Source: the human T2T-CHM13v2.0 reference genome, Homo sapiens
Assembly: GCA_009914755.4 (NCBI GenBank)
Contig: CP086569.2
Coordinates: forward strand, 5,632,001 to 5,696,000
Length of the DNA stretch: 64,000 bases
Reading direction: 5' to 3'
In this document: positions 12,201-25,497 of the stretch, piece after piece
Layout: every line of letters begins with the position of its first letter
How positions within the stretch are numbered: position 1 is the first letter of the stretch
Translations under genes and position numbers: made by a program
The notes under the pieces: generated by a model
Database searches by the model: none
What the model was told of the DNA's origin: nothing
What the model saw: only the letters and a program-made list of their open reading frames with translations

Positions 12201-15200
12201 AAATAATTATATTCAATTTATATACTGCATCCAAACTGTAAAAAACAAGGATAATAATTTAAAAATTATGCACAACAGCAAAAGTTTGCACATTAAATGA
12301 GTCATTGAAGCCACACAATTTTAGACCACATTCTGGCTAATCCTCAATTTCTGTTTGTTTCTCTTCTTACTCCTTGGCTACACAAGAAAGTCACAAAATG
12401 TGTGGATTGAGTTCAATACAAAAGTCATATATATATATTTACAACTAAGAAATATTTACTGTTGACTCAAAGAGTATATAATGGCATTTCATTTAATTAG
12501 TTTTCTTTTTACTTAATATTAAGTCATTCCACACATTTTAATATGTCTAAAATACATTATTCCATATGCTTGAGCTCAGGCTCATCCCTAGAATTTGCAG
12601 GACAAAGGAAAAAGTACAAATGAAAGCTTCTAATCCATACCCTACTCAATTTCTCTTCTGACCTCTGGAACTATTTTCTACCCAGGAAACAAAGGTGTGG
12701 ATTTTATTATCACTGCTGAGTCTATTGCAATCCCTCCATCTACTTTCCACCTTCATATAATAAAAATGTTGTTTCAGCAACATCCTGGTTTCATCAATTA
12801 TGGGGTTTGTGTTTTCATTTTCTATTTTTTTTCTCTTATTTAGGAGTGATTCTCAGAAAATAAATATGCAGAAATCTCTTTATTCTGTCATCCTAAATCT
12901 AGATGTACCTTCATGACATTTTGTACCTCTTTCAAAAATGTGTATGCTCTTCTTGCATACAGCATTATTTTTTTGTGCAATTAGCTCCTTCAGTAGACTA
13001 TAAGATCTGTGGAAACAGTTTGTCTCTTTGCTTACTCCTTTTTGTTCCCCCTAAACTATCTAATTTGGTGCCTTAACTACAGATGATCCTCAGTTTTCTA
13101 TTGGGTTATGTCCCTATAAATCTGTTGTAAGTTGAAAATATCCTGAGTTACAAATGCATGTAATACACTTAACCTGCTGAACATCATAGTTTAGCCCAGT
13201 TTGCTTTAAACATGCTCAGAACACTTATATTAGACGGCAGTTTGGCAAAATAATCTGGCAACACAGCTTACTGTAGAGCATTGGTTTTTTACCCTTGAGA
13301 TTTCATGGCTGTGTAGGAGATTCAGAGAGAGTTTCATACCATATATTGTTAGCCCAGAAAAAAAAAAATCAAAATTTGAAGTACGATTTCTACTAAATGT
13401 GTATTGTTTTCACACTATTATAAAGTTAAAAAATCTCAAATTGAACCATCATAAGTCAGGGATCGTCTGTATATGTTGCTTAATTCAACAAGCAAATACT
13501 TGTTCAATTAAATTAAATTAGGTTTTCAGTATTTTAGAAAAACAATATGTAAACTGCATTTACGGATATCCTGTCTTCGTTAACAGTATGAAATAACTTT
13601 TTTTTTCTTTTTTCTTGGAAATCCATAGCCACCCTAATGTAAAGCAATTGTTTCACTGGTGAGTATTATCTATTAGAAGTCATATTGTCTTTGGAAGTCA
13701 GACAGTCCTAGGTTCAAAAGCAGGATATTAACCTAAATTGGGAATTAGGAGGATTAATCAGATAAAAAGCACTGTGAAAGCATCTGATGTGTAGTTGTTG
13801 CTCAAGAAACCACTGTTATTGTTACCTCTATTATCATTTCCATGTTATTTTTATTCCCGTGTGCTAACACAATGCAACCCTTAGAGGTTTTTTGCACTGT
13901 GTAAACTGCTCCTAGAGTCGTGAGTCTTGTTGCTGATAACTTTTCTGTTTCTGTTTACTATCATTCCTCAGTATTTTAATTTCCAACATTGCAGCATAAA
14001 GGTAAACAATGCAGGCTCTCGAAGCAGATTTTCTGGCTTCTAATAATGACTCTAATCATTAATTGGGGTTTTGATCTTGAACAATATATTTATCCTTTGA
14101 ATGCTTTAGATCTCTCAAGCGTAAACTGGGGATAGTCATAGATTTTATTTCATAGTCTTGCTTTAAGGATGAAATTAGTTATGTAGCACATTTAAAACTG
14201 TATCTGGAATGAAGTAAATATTGTATATAGGGTTAGTTATTATAGCAATTCTGATATGTGGTTGCTTCCAATGTTTTTTCAAGCAATAATATGTAAACAA
14301 TGTAACTTTTAATTCTAAGCTCCTTTTGGCCCTGTAAGGTAGCTCTAGGAATTTCCTGGAGGAAATGTGCATAGACTCTACAGAAACCCTTGTTCTCATT
14401 TATTTATAGATTTTGGATGATAAGACCTACTAATAGTATGGCTTCTAAAAACATGGAATTATGATTGATTATTTACAAAGTGATTCTGCCAAAATAGGCT
14501 AAGTGAAAACATCTGGTGTGCCCCAAACCTGTGAAATTATTCCATATGGCTGAATCCTAGCCTTTGCATGAAGAAAAATAGAGAGAGTTATCTCACTTAC
14601 CAATATATTCAGTAAAATACTGTGAGCTTTTGCTTGAAAGAAAAAGAAGAATAGCTATAGGTAATTTTATATCTAGATTTTTAAATTCAAGTAATATAGC
14701 TCTGTTTGTTTAACTACTTAAACACTGAAAGTAATCTCCTCCCTACTGCTTCTGCAGCTGTATTTGTTGACTGGGGAGAGACTAGGAGTCTATTATTATA
14801 TTCATAATTAATTCATCTACAGTTGAGTAGACAGAGGGAATATGAAATGGGCTTAACTCGAGAATGGAGAATCCCCTCTCCCTGCTGTTTCAACCAACAT
14901 CAAGTGTAATTTTATCAACATTGAATTTGGATCTCGTCTGTCCATAGGACCTAATCTTCAGTTACAATGAACATTTAATCTTGTTAGTCATTAAATTCTA
15001 CCATGATTTATTACTTGGCTAATATTCTTGATGAGTTTCAGTTGCTAATTGCATCCCTACAGTTCATAAAATTTGTAAATGCATTCCTCTACTTCTGCAA
15101 ATCCTTCATATCTCTACGTTAGCAAACAGTATAAATTGTTGAGGCTGTAGCAGTAGAAAAAGCATTTTCTCCTTCAAATATGACATGTGTTGTATTACCT

Positions 15201-16002
15201 GGATGTGCAGTATTGTCAGGGGTGTAGTTTTTGACCTGCAATGCATTACTTGCTTGACTGAGTTTGTGACTGTTTATCACTAATGACGTATTTCTCTCCA
15301 GGAATGTATAATTTATCTTGTCACTGCTTTAACGTAGTAAATACTGATATGAACCTGGAATTTTCCAGCAACTTGTGAAAGAAATGAAAGCAACTATTTG
15401 AAGTTTTATTTCATCCCAGCAAAGACAACCTTTATCATGGATTTCCAATGTATGTGAAGAAACACTAACCTAGAATACAAAAGGGTATGTCGAGAGCTTT
15501 GTGCATACAAAGTACCCATCTTACTAGTTATGCCTAGTGCTCATAAAATGCAATAATAATGAGCAGGTTGTTTTTCAAACCAAGAAAAGGGCCTTTTGCA
15601 GACAGGGAGTTTTTTATTATACATTTAAAAAAAATTGTAAATCATATCCATCTAGGATTTCTTGTAAGAAATCAATATATTTCTATCTTAATAATTTTGT
15701 CAATAGTACATCCAAATATAAATAAATGTTAGTGTGCTTTGTACATAGTATACTAGTCCTATTTCCCCTTTCTTTCTAGTAAGGAGAAATATTCACTTTT
15801 TAATGATTCGTCAATTCAGATTCACAAAACTGAATTCAATTTTGAGAAAAAAATTTGCTTAATCTCTACAACCCTATCATCCCTTTCACTATTCTCAGTG
15901 GAACTTAGACTAACAAATGAAGGCTATCTGATGGCTTACGATCATTTTTCTTGAGGCTGCAGTTTAAACCATTGATAATTTTCCAGGGCCATCACTCTTT
16001 TT

Positions 16003-16014
16003 TTGGGGGGGGGG
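16003..16014. repeat. G12 homopolymer within a G-rich patch (ttttggggggggggggaagggttg)
   Basis: Directly visible. Confidence 0.9.
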
Positions 16015-16239
16015 GGAAGGGTTGATTACAAATCAGTGATGACAAGAGCATTCCTTCCTCTTTCACAACAGCCAGTTCTGTTTTCCCCCCTGTGATAGAG
16101 TAAGGAGATTGAGTCTTTCATTGTTTATTTAAAGGATCATTAATAACTCACTGTGTTCCTATTATATCATAGATAACTAAAATCTTCAGTCAATTCAAAA
16201 CCTTGATTTTAACCACCTCTCCTGATAAACCTTTTGTTT

Positions 16240-17320
16240 ATTTTTATTTTTATTTTTTCATTTTTCCATAAGTTATTAGGGTACAGGTGGTATTCGGTTA
16301 CATGAGTAAGTTATTTAGCGGTGATTTGTGAGATTTTAGTACACCTATCACTCAAGCAGTATACATTGCATCATATTTGTAGTCTTTTGTCCCTAGACCC
16401 CCTCCCACCCTTCCCTCAACTACTTGAAGTCCATCATATCATTCCTATGTCTTTGTGTCCTCATAGCTTAGCACCCACACATCAGTGATAACATATGATG
16501 TTTAGTTTTCCATTTCTGAATTACTTCACTTAGAATAATATTCTCCAGTCTCATCCAGGTTGCTTCAAATGCTGTTAATTCATTCCTTTTTATGGCTGAG
16601 TAGTATTCCATCATATAAATATACCACAGTTTCTTTATCTACTCATTGATTGACAGGCATTTGGGTTGGTTCCATGATTTTGCAATTGCGAATTGTGCTG
16701 CTATAAACATGCATGTGCAAGTATCTTTTTTGGATGACTTCTTTTCCTCTGGATAGATACCCAGTAGTGGGATTGATGGATCAAATGGTAGTTCTACTTT
16801 AGTTCTTTAAGGAATATCCACACTGTTTTCCATAGCGGCTATATTAGTTTAATTCCCACCAGCAGTATAGAAGTGTTCCCTGATCACCACATCCATGCCG
16901 ACATCTACTGTTTTTTGATTTTTTGATTATGGCCATTCTTGCAGGAGTAAGGTGGTATCACATTGTGGATTTGATTTCCATTTTCCTGATCATTAATGAT
17001 GTTGAGTATTTTTTCATATGTTTGTTGGCCATTTGTATATCTTCTTTTGAGAACTGTCTATTGATGTCCTCCACTTTTTGATGGGATTGTTTGTATTTTT
17101 TCCTACTGATTTGTTTGAGTTCATTGTAGATTCTGGATATTAGTCCTTTGTCAGTTACATAAATTGTTAAGATTTTCTTTCACTCTGTGGGTTGTCTGTG
17201 TACTCTGCTGACTGTTCCTTTTGCCATGCAAAAGCTCTTTTGTTTAATTAAGTCCTAGCTATTTATCTTCGTTTTTATTGCATTTGCTTTTGGGTTCTTG
17301 GTCATGAAATCCTTGCCTAA
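16240..17320 (-). mobile_element. 5'-truncated L1 (L1PB-like) 3' end, about 1.05 kb, minus orientation. A T-rich tail is at 16240-16265.
   Basis: The + strand reads as the L1 3'UTR/ORF2 C-terminus antisense (ccataagttattagggtacaggtggtattcggttacatgag...; rc of 17290-17320 encodes [10 protein letters not shown]; rc encodes the ORF2 C-terminal text). Confidence 0.85.
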
Positions 17321-17395
17321 GCCAATGTTTAGAAGGACTACCAAGAGCAATCTACAAATTCAACACAATCCCCATCAAAACACCACCATCATTCT
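17321..17395 (+). mobile_element. Short L1 ORF2 segment in the opposite (sense, +) orientation abutting the 5' truncation point of the minus-strand L1. Possible twin-priming 5' inversion.
   Basis: agcaatctacaaattcaacacaatccccatcaaaacaccaccatcattc translates in + sense to AIYKFNTIPIKTPPSF, which corresponds to L1 ORF2 [17 protein letters not shown]. That region lies about 400 nt upstream, in L1 coordinates, of the breakpoint of the adjacent antisense segment. Confidence 0.4.
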
Positions 17396-18354
17396 TTTTT
17401 TCTTTTTTTTCCTTTTAGGCCTGCAAGTACCAATTAGTTGAAGTGCTTTATTTGTTATTTACAATTCATCTTTTTCTTTATTTACACATAGAACATATTT
17501 GGAATTATAAAATCTTACAAAATACATGGTTTTATTTAAGTAATATCTCTATACTTATGGACATCAAGAAAATTCACCACTGCTTCTTCCTTTGGATAAT
17601 ACTGTCATGGAATTTGGTATCACATATTCTTGTTTTAGAAGCAGTTTAGTATTAAACAAAAGAATCTCTACAAAAGCTCTTCAGTTGGACCAAATTTGTA
17701 ACCATAAGTTTGCAGCTGTCATAATTGCAGTCCAAACTGCATTTACAATCTACCACAGTAATTATATATGTGAACATATAATCTTCTTCTTTCATTCTGT
17801 AACTTCACATGGGAGACAAAAATCATTATTCTCTTACTCAACACTTGAAGTTAATTTGTTTTACCAATTAAATACCTTAAAACAGGAAACATTTTTCTCA
17901 ATGCTACTGGAATCCATGTTTTGCATCTCTTTCTTCTCCATGTAGATTCAATATCCAAGGATTGTTTAATAAAGAAGAGATTTATTTTAAACACATTATT
18001 CTATTTAAACTACTCTTTCAAATTCATTGGTAACAAAACTTGAAAATCCAGTGACCTTTCCTCATATTCTGTCTCTTTCAACTTTGATGATATTGATTTA
18101 CTCAACAGATATTGATTGAGAAATAACTATATGTCAATCCCACATCAGAGTTAAATCAAATAACAAAGCTAATAATAAATCCTTCCCTCATAGAGCTGTT
18201 ATTCTTGTGTGTGCATTTCATGATGGTAATGGTGAGGCATTTGATCCTGATGGATACCTCAACTTTGTTATATTGACTCTTGACTTTATTTCTGTGACTC
18301 ATTGTCATATTTTCAATTATCACATATCTAAAAGAGATTCTGTCAACCATTTTT

Positions 18355-18990
18355 AAAGTATTTTTAAAATTTAGCTATAATTTACATGTGTAAGAAAAGG
18401 AGACATCTTACACATGTAGTTTGATGAGATCTTACAACTGCATAATCATCCCAATTAAGTTATTAAACATTCCTATCACTTAAGAAAATTCCCTTCTGCC
18501 CCCTCTCATTTGATTCTACTCTCACTTCCAGGCAACCACTGTTTTTATTTTTATTTTTTTCATCAGAGATAAGTTTTGCCTGTTGTAAGAGTTTAGATAA
18601 ATGGTATCACAAAGTCAGTATTTGTTTGGTTCAGACTTTTTCATTCAGCCCGATTGTTGCATGTAATAATACTTTGTTCCTTTTCATTACTTGGTAGCAT
18701 TTCATTGTTTGAATATTCCACAATTTTTTCATCTATTCCCCTGGTGATGAACATTTGAGTTGTTTCTTTAGGGCTACTATGAATAATAATGTCTGAGACT
18801 ATTAAGAATAAAGCTTTTTAATAAATTCTTGTACAAATCTTTTTTTGCACATTATTTTACTTCTGTTAGGTAAATATCAAGAGAAATTGCTGAGTCATAA
18901 GGTGGGAATACGTTTAATTTTAGGAGAAGTTGACAGCTGAGTTTCCAAAGTGATTAAACAATTTTAACTCCCAGGGTCAAAGTATGATAC
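18355..18990 (-). mobile_element. L1M (L1MA/MB-like) 3'-end fragment, minus strand
   Basis: Antisense L1M 3'-end pattern: ...ctgccccctctcatttgattctactctcacttccaggcaaccactg...gataaatggtatcacaaagtcagtatttgtttggttcagactttttcattcagc...tgttgcatgtaataatactttgttccttttcattacttggtagcatttcattgtttgaatattccacaattttttcatctattcccctggtgatgaacatttgagttgtttc... Confidence 0.6.
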
Positions 18991-18994
18991 TTCT

Positions 18995-19370
18995 AGTTGT
19001 TCCACAAACTTGTTAATTTCATTAGGACTGCTGTAACAAAATACCATAGACCTGACAGCACATACACCACTGATATGTGTTTCTCATATATCAGTGAGAT
19101 ACGGAGGCAAGGAAGTCAAAGATCAAGGAGCTAGCAGATTCACTGTCTGGTGAAGGCCCACTTCCTCATAGATAGCCTTCTTTTCACACTAACCTTACAG
19201 AGTAGAATGAGCAAGAGGTTTTTCTCAGGCCTCTTTTATAAGGGTACTAATCTTTATGAGGGCTCTGCCTCCATGACATAATCACCTCCCAATAGCCCCA
19301 ACTTTTAATACCATCACCTTGAGGGTGAGGATTTTGAGTAGACATAAATATCCAGACCATAACATTTATC
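18995..19370 (-). repeat. MLT1-type MaLR solo LTR (reverse complement of the consensus)
   Basis: Starts gctgtaacaaaataccatagac..., has ...agtcaaagatcaaggagctagcagattcactgtctggtgaaggcc...cttataagggtactaatc...catgacataatcacctcccaa... and ends ...gaccataaca (rc of the MLT1 tgttatgg... start). Confidence 0.55.
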
Positions 19371-19779
19371 AACATTTAGTGTTTTATCATTTTTTAATTC
19401 TAAGCGTCATAAAATCTCGCCATGAGATTTTTTCCTATGCATATTTGCTATTAATATCCAGGTAGGCCTGACTAGAACAGTGTTCAGTGTTGGATGAGTT
19501 GTTTCCCAGTACTGAGGCAAGACACTACCGAATTACTTGTGAATTTGAAGGTTTTTCAATCTGGCATATGGGAAGCGGTACCATTCATATGTTTTTGGCT
19601 GTTTTTGTTTTTTTCTGTTCTTGTTCTTTCAGCTGTATTCAGAGGATAAATCTGGTACCTATTACTGTGTCTGGTTCATAAGCAGAAGTCTATTGATCAT
19701 ATAGTTTTAATATTTTTCTAATATAAGCTGAGAAATGATGGTGGATAGGAGGCAGTGTTGGTGTGTCTCTCCCACTTGG

Positions 19780-22700
19780 AAGGACAGAATACTGGGCAGA
19801 GATTCACACTGTGAATGTGTTCTTGAAGAACCACCACAGAAACTTACCAGGAAAACCAAAATAATTCACTGATCCTGTGAAAGAAATGGCAGGCTGCAAC
19901 TTACTCCATGAGACAAGCAAAAAACTATCAGTTTCCAGAATGTGAGAAGTAGACAACGTGCCTCCAGACACACATCCCCACTGAGGAATGTGAAAATTCA
20001 GATCACAGAAGAAGCCCTTTACCCTACTCAGAGCTGGAACAGATTTATGGAGTGGTGTGAAATATAAAAGTAGAAGCAGCAGTGGATAGTGCCTTGTAAG
20101 CATTCCCAGTCTCTAGCACAAGCCCAGGGAAGCTATTTGTGACTATATCTCACAGGAACCCTCAGGTAAGTCAGACAATGAATTCAGAGAGAGGTTGCAG
20201 GGTGAAAGAAGTTCCCAATTTAATTTTGTGATACAATTTTGACTGGGGAAAAGCTCTCTTGAACAGAATCTGGGGATGAGCAGGAAGTGTGCTGCAGATA
20301 TGTGAGCAGAAACTGGGCTTCCGGCCTTGCGGACAGACGGGGAGGGGCATGTCCTGAAAATCATGCTTGCTATCTCTGTAGGGAAGCTTATAGCCTGGGG
20401 CAGGTTCAGTTCTGTACTCAGGCTACCTAGATCTAAACCCGGCGCTCTTAGCAGGGCACTGCAGGAGTGACACTCGCTTTGCCAACTGTGTGGGAGCTAG
20501 GTGAGGCCTACTATTGCTGGCTATTCCCCACTCCCCTTGAAAAGTCTTCTCCACAGCAGAGGCAGTTATTCTCCCCTCTGGAACACTACCCTAGTGGCCT
20601 GAGATTCATCCCTCATCCCCTACAGTGACTGTGGCAGGCCCTGCCCAAAGAGAGTCTGAGTTCAGACCTGACCCTCCCCAAACCTGATGCTATATCTCTA
20701 CCTGCCCTAATAGATTAACAAAAAGGACATAAACTCTTGGGAGCTTTATGGCCTCAGCCATCAGCTGAGAAAACAGAATACTTCCCCTGAACAACTTAGA
20801 GCAAGCAAAAATTCTACTGCTACTACTGCAGCTGGTGCTCTCTTGCAAGTGCCACCTCCCGGCTGGCGGCCAACCAACTCAGGCCATTACAGCACCTCTT
20901 GGTAGAATAACACTGCACCCAAGAAAAAGAAAATGGCTGGTAACAGCACTGCCTGCAACACCCTGGCTAACCAGAGGTCCTGAGTCTGTCCACATGAGAA
21001 CTTCACTGTTAGCATAACAAGCATTCGAGAAAGCCAGCACACTAAGCTTATCTACAGCAAAGGAACCTAACATAGTCTACATTACTCCCCTGCCACCTCC
21101 ATCAGAGCAGGTGGTTGCATCCACTGCTGGGAGACCTGAAGAGAGGTCACATCACTGGATCCTTTGCATACATTTCCCAACACCAGCTCAGAGTCTGGTA
21201 CCCCACTGGGTGGCTATACCCAGAAGAGCAATAACAATCACTGCAGTCTGGCTCTCAGGATGCCCCATTCCAGGGGAAGGGGGAGAGCACCACATCAAGG
21301 CATCACCCCATGGGACATGATAATCTGAAGAGTAAGACGTGAGTCCCAGATCTTTCCACTTGTGGGTAGATTCTTATAGCACAGACACAACTATAGTGCT
21401 GGAAACAGTAGAGAAACTTTGCACCTCTACTCCAACAGGCAGGCAGCCTCTGTGATTATTAAAGGGCTTCGAGAAGTGGTCCTTATTCCCCTTGGCACAC
21501 CACCGCAGAGGCAGCTGGGGCTTCTCCTCTAGGAATGCAGCACTGTTGCACGTATAGACAGCCCTCCTGGAACAATCCAGGGTGATTGCAGCCCCTCAAG
21601 AGGAGCATGCCACAGATTCAGGCCTGCATAAAAGGCAGAGCCATATTTCCTCCCTTCTTAGAACATCAACATTTCTTACAGATGAAAAAAGTTGCCTGTC
21701 TTATCTGAATAGTGAGAACACCTGGACAAGAATGAGGCTGTGAGGTAGACAGCTTTTCTGCTGGCCTTGCAGGGGAGCTGCAGTAGCTCCCACTACTTAC
21801 CCCAATAAAAGCTCAGCAATTCTAAGTGAGAGCTCCTCCAGGAAACTTTATCAAGCCTGGGACTTCTGCCCACCATTGGGTATTACATCTACCTACCTGC
21901 CTTAGCTATAGCCAGTGCCTACTCAAGGATACCTCCCATATTGGCCTGAAGCTTAAATCATCAACCCAGTAAATAAAATACTGGGGAGGAAATAAATAAA
22001 TAAAGTATACACCACGAGAGAATGAGATAAGCTTCAAGAGATCCCTGGCATTCCAGCCCCATAAGAGATAATGAACTTGCCCACACACTGAGTACATAAA
22101 TACTACAGCCAGCATCTGGGAAAGCTGGTGCACAAATATTTTGTATAACCGAGGAACTCATACAGAGTCTTCACTTTCACCACTAAAAGCACCAAAATCA
22201 AATTAGGCTAAAATAAAATATGAACATTAAAGACTGGTTCTTAAGAGGAAAAAAAAAAGAAATATAAAAGACACAGTTCAATAAAAAAATGAATTCAAGA
22301 ACAATTTGAAGAAATGGTCCACCCAAATGAGAAGAAACCAGAAAAGTAATTCTGGTAATAAGACAAAATGGGGTTCTGTAACACCCCAAAAAGTTCACAC
22401 TAGCTCTCCAGAAATAAATCCACACCAAGAATAAATCTCTGAATTGCCAGATGAAAAATTCAGAAGATTGATTTTTAAGCTACTCAAAGAGTTACCAGAG
22501 AAAGGTGAGAACTAACTTTAATTAAAAGAAAATTGAGGATGTGCATAAAATATTTTCCAGAGAAACAGACATTATAAAGAAAAACAATCAGAACTTCTGA
22601 AAATGAAAGACACACTTAGGGGAATACAAAATGCAGTGGAAAGTTTCACCAATAGACCAGAAGAAGTAGAAGAAAGAATTTCAGAGCTTGAAGACAAGGC

Positions 22701-24960
22701 TTTTGAATGAACCCAATCAGACAAAAATTTTAAAAAAAGAATTCTAAAAAATGAAGAGTCTCTAAGAAATGTGGGATTATGTAAACAACCAACCCTAAGA
22801 ATAATTGGTGTTCCTGAGGGAGAAGTCAAGTATAAATGTTGAGAAAACTTATTTGAGAGAATAATTAAGGAAAGCTTTCCTGGCCTTGCTAGAGACCTAG
22901 ACACCCAAATACAAGAAGCTAAAAAAATTTCTGAGAAATTCATCACAAAAAGATCATCACAAAGACACATAGTCATTAGGCTATCTGGTCAAGGTGAAGG
23001 AAAGAATCTTAACAGCTGTGAGACAAAAGCATCAGGTAAACTATAAAAGAAAACCAACCAGGTTAACATCAGATTTCTCATCAGAAGCCTCACAAGCCAG
23101 AAGGGATTGAGGTTCTATCTTTAGCCTCCATAAACAATAACTGTCACCAAATAATTTGGTATCCTGCAAAACTAAGCTTCATAAATGAAGCACAAACAAA
23201 TGCCGAGGCAAGCAAATGCTGAGTGAACTAGCTACTACCAAACCAGCCCTACAAGAAATGCTGAAAGGAGTTCTAAATCTTGACACAAAAGCTCAATATT
23301 CACCAAAATAGAACCTTCTTAAAGCATAAATCTCACAGGACCTATAAAACAATAACACAATGAAAAAATAAAGTATCTAGGCAATGTAGAATGTCAGTGG
23401 CCTAAATACTTTACTTAAAAGATACACAATGGCAGAATGGATAAAGAACCACCAATAAAATATCTGCTGTCTTCAAGAGACTCACTTAAAACCTAAGAGC
23501 TCATATGAACTTAAAGTAAAGGAGTGGAAAAACATATTTCATGCAAATGGAAACCAAAAGTGAGCAAGGGTAGCTATTTCTTATTTCAGACAAAAGAGAC
23601 ATTAAAGCAACAGCAGAAAAAAATGAAAACAAAAACAAAAACAAAGAAGGCCATTATATCATGATGAAAGGATCAGTTCAAAAGAAAGATATTACAATCC
23701 TAAATTTATATGCATCTAACACTGGAGCTCCCAAATTTATAAAACAATTACTACTACACCTAAGAAATGAGACAGATGGCAACACAGTAATTGTGGGGGA
23801 CTTTAATACTCCATTGACAGTATTAGACAGATCATCAAGAAAGAAAGTCAACAAATAAACAGTGAACTTAAATTATACCCTAGAACAAATGGACTTAAGA
23901 GATATTTACAGAACATTCTTCCCAACAACCTCAGAATATACATTCTTCTCATCAGCACATGGTATAGTCTCCAAGGTAGACCATATGATAGGTCACAAAA
24001 CACTTCTCAAGAAATTTAAAAAAAATCAAGATCATATCAAATATCTTCTCACACCACAGTGGAATAGAAATGGAAATCAATTACAAAAGAACTCTGAAAA
24101 CTATACAAATACATGGAAATGAAATAATCTACTCTTGAATAATTTGGGGTTTAACAATGAAATCAACATGGGAATTTGAAAATTCTTTGAAATGAATAAT
24201 AATAGTGACATAAGTTATCAAAGGCTCTGGGATGCAGCAAAAGCGATGCTAAGAGAAAATTTCATAGCATTAAATGCCTTCATCAAAAAGTCTGAAAGAG
24301 CACAAATAGACAACCTAATGTCACACCTCAATGAACTAGAGAAACAAGAACAAATGAATCCCAAACCTATTAGAAAAAAAAATAAGAAAGATCTAAGCAG
24401 AACTAAATGAAATGGAAACAAAGAAGACAGTATGAAAAATAAATGAAATCAAAAGGTAATTCTTTGAAAATATAAACAAAATTGATAGACCATTATTGAG
24501 ATTAACCAGAAAAAGAAGATAGAAGATCCAAATAAGCTCACGTAGAAATAAAACTGGAGATACCACAGCCAATACCATACAAGTAAAAGATAATTTATGG
24601 CTACTTTGAATACTTATATGCACACGATCTAGAAAATCTAAAAGAGATAGATAAATTCCTGGAAATATACAACACTTTTAGGTTAAATCAGGAAGAAACA
24701 GAAACCCTGAAAAGACTAATAACAAGCAGCAAGATTGAATCAGTAATAATAACATTGCCTAAAAAAAAATCAAGACCAGATGGAGTTACAGTGAATTCTA
24801 TCAGATATTCAAAGAATTGGTGTCAATCCTCCTGAAACTATTTCAAAAGATATAGAAAAAGGGAATCCTCCCTAGATCATTCTATGAAGCCAGTATCACC
24901 TTAATACCAAAACCAGGAAAGGACTTAATAAAAAAGGGAAACTACAGACCAATATTGACC
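19780..24960 (+). mobile_element. Near full-length older L1 (L1PA-old/L1PB-like), 5' part: long 5'UTR (about 19780-22570), ORF1 remnant (about 22570-23330), ORF2 EN/RT start. Interrupted at 24961 by a nested L1PA fragment.
   Basis: ORF 23661-23858 ([65 protein letters not shown]) matches the L1 ORF2 EN [70 protein letters not shown]. ORF 24192-24410 matches [21 protein letters not shown]... ORF1-like ...ISELEDKAFE...IIGVPEGE... has stops. Confidence 0.85.
23661..23858 (+). pseudogene. L1 ORF2 endonuclease-domain fragment (65 aa open)
   Basis: See peptide above. Flanked by stops; non-functional. Confidence 0.8.
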
Positions 24961-25497
24961 CAGCAATCCCATTACTGGATATATACCCAAAGGATTATAC
25001 ATCATTCTACTATAAAGACACATGCACACATATGTTCACTGTAGCACTATTCACAATAGCAAAGACTTGGAACCAACCCAAATGCTCATCAATGATAGAC
25101 TGGATAAAGAAAATGTTGCACATATGTGCCATGGAATACTATGCAGCCATAAAAAACAATGAGTTCACGTCCTATGAAGGACATGAATGAAGCTGGAAAC
25201 CTTCATTCTCAGCCAACTAACGTAGGAACAGAAAATTAAAAACTGTATGTTCTCACTCATAAGTGGGAGTTGAACAATGAGAACACATGGACACAGGGAG
25301 GGGAATATCACACACCAGGGCCTGTTGGTGGGTGGGGGGCTAGGGGAGGGATAGCATTAGGATAAATGCCTAATGTAGATGATGGGTTGATATGTGCAGC
25401 AAACCACCATGATACGTGTATACTTATGTAACAAACCTGCACGTTGTGCACATGTATCCCAGAACTTAAAGTATAATAATAAAAAAACTCTCAAAAA
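24961..25497 (+). mobile_element. Nested, 5'-truncated young L1PA-like 3' end (about 540 bp, ORF2 C-terminus + 3'UTR + A-rich tail) inserted inside the ORF2 of the older L1
   Basis: cagcaatcccattactggatatatacccaaaggattatacatcattctactataaagacacatgcacacatatgttcactgtagcactattcacaatagcaaagacttggaaccaacccaaatgctcatcaatgatagactggataaagaaaatg...gggttgatatgtgcagcaaaccaccatgatacgtgtatacttatgtaacaaacctgcacgttgtgcacatgtatcccagaacttaaagtataataataaaaaaa is close to the L1PA 3' consensus. The host L1 ORF2 text resumes after it (HDQVGFIPGIR...). Confidence 0.8.

Noticed and set aside
9000-16200. Long low-repeat stretch inspected for exons, splice-site-flanked ORFs or conserved non-coding elements
   Set aside because: Only ORFs of 75 aa or less with no codon-usage signal. 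The sequence is AT-rich with homopolymer runs, and I see no internal evidence for function. It cannot be excluded without conservation data, so I report it only as unannotated.
22572-22976. 134-aa minus-strand ORF
   Set aside because: It is antisense to the L1 ORF1 remnant (A-rich sense strand gives a T-rich, stop-poor antisense frame). Spurious.
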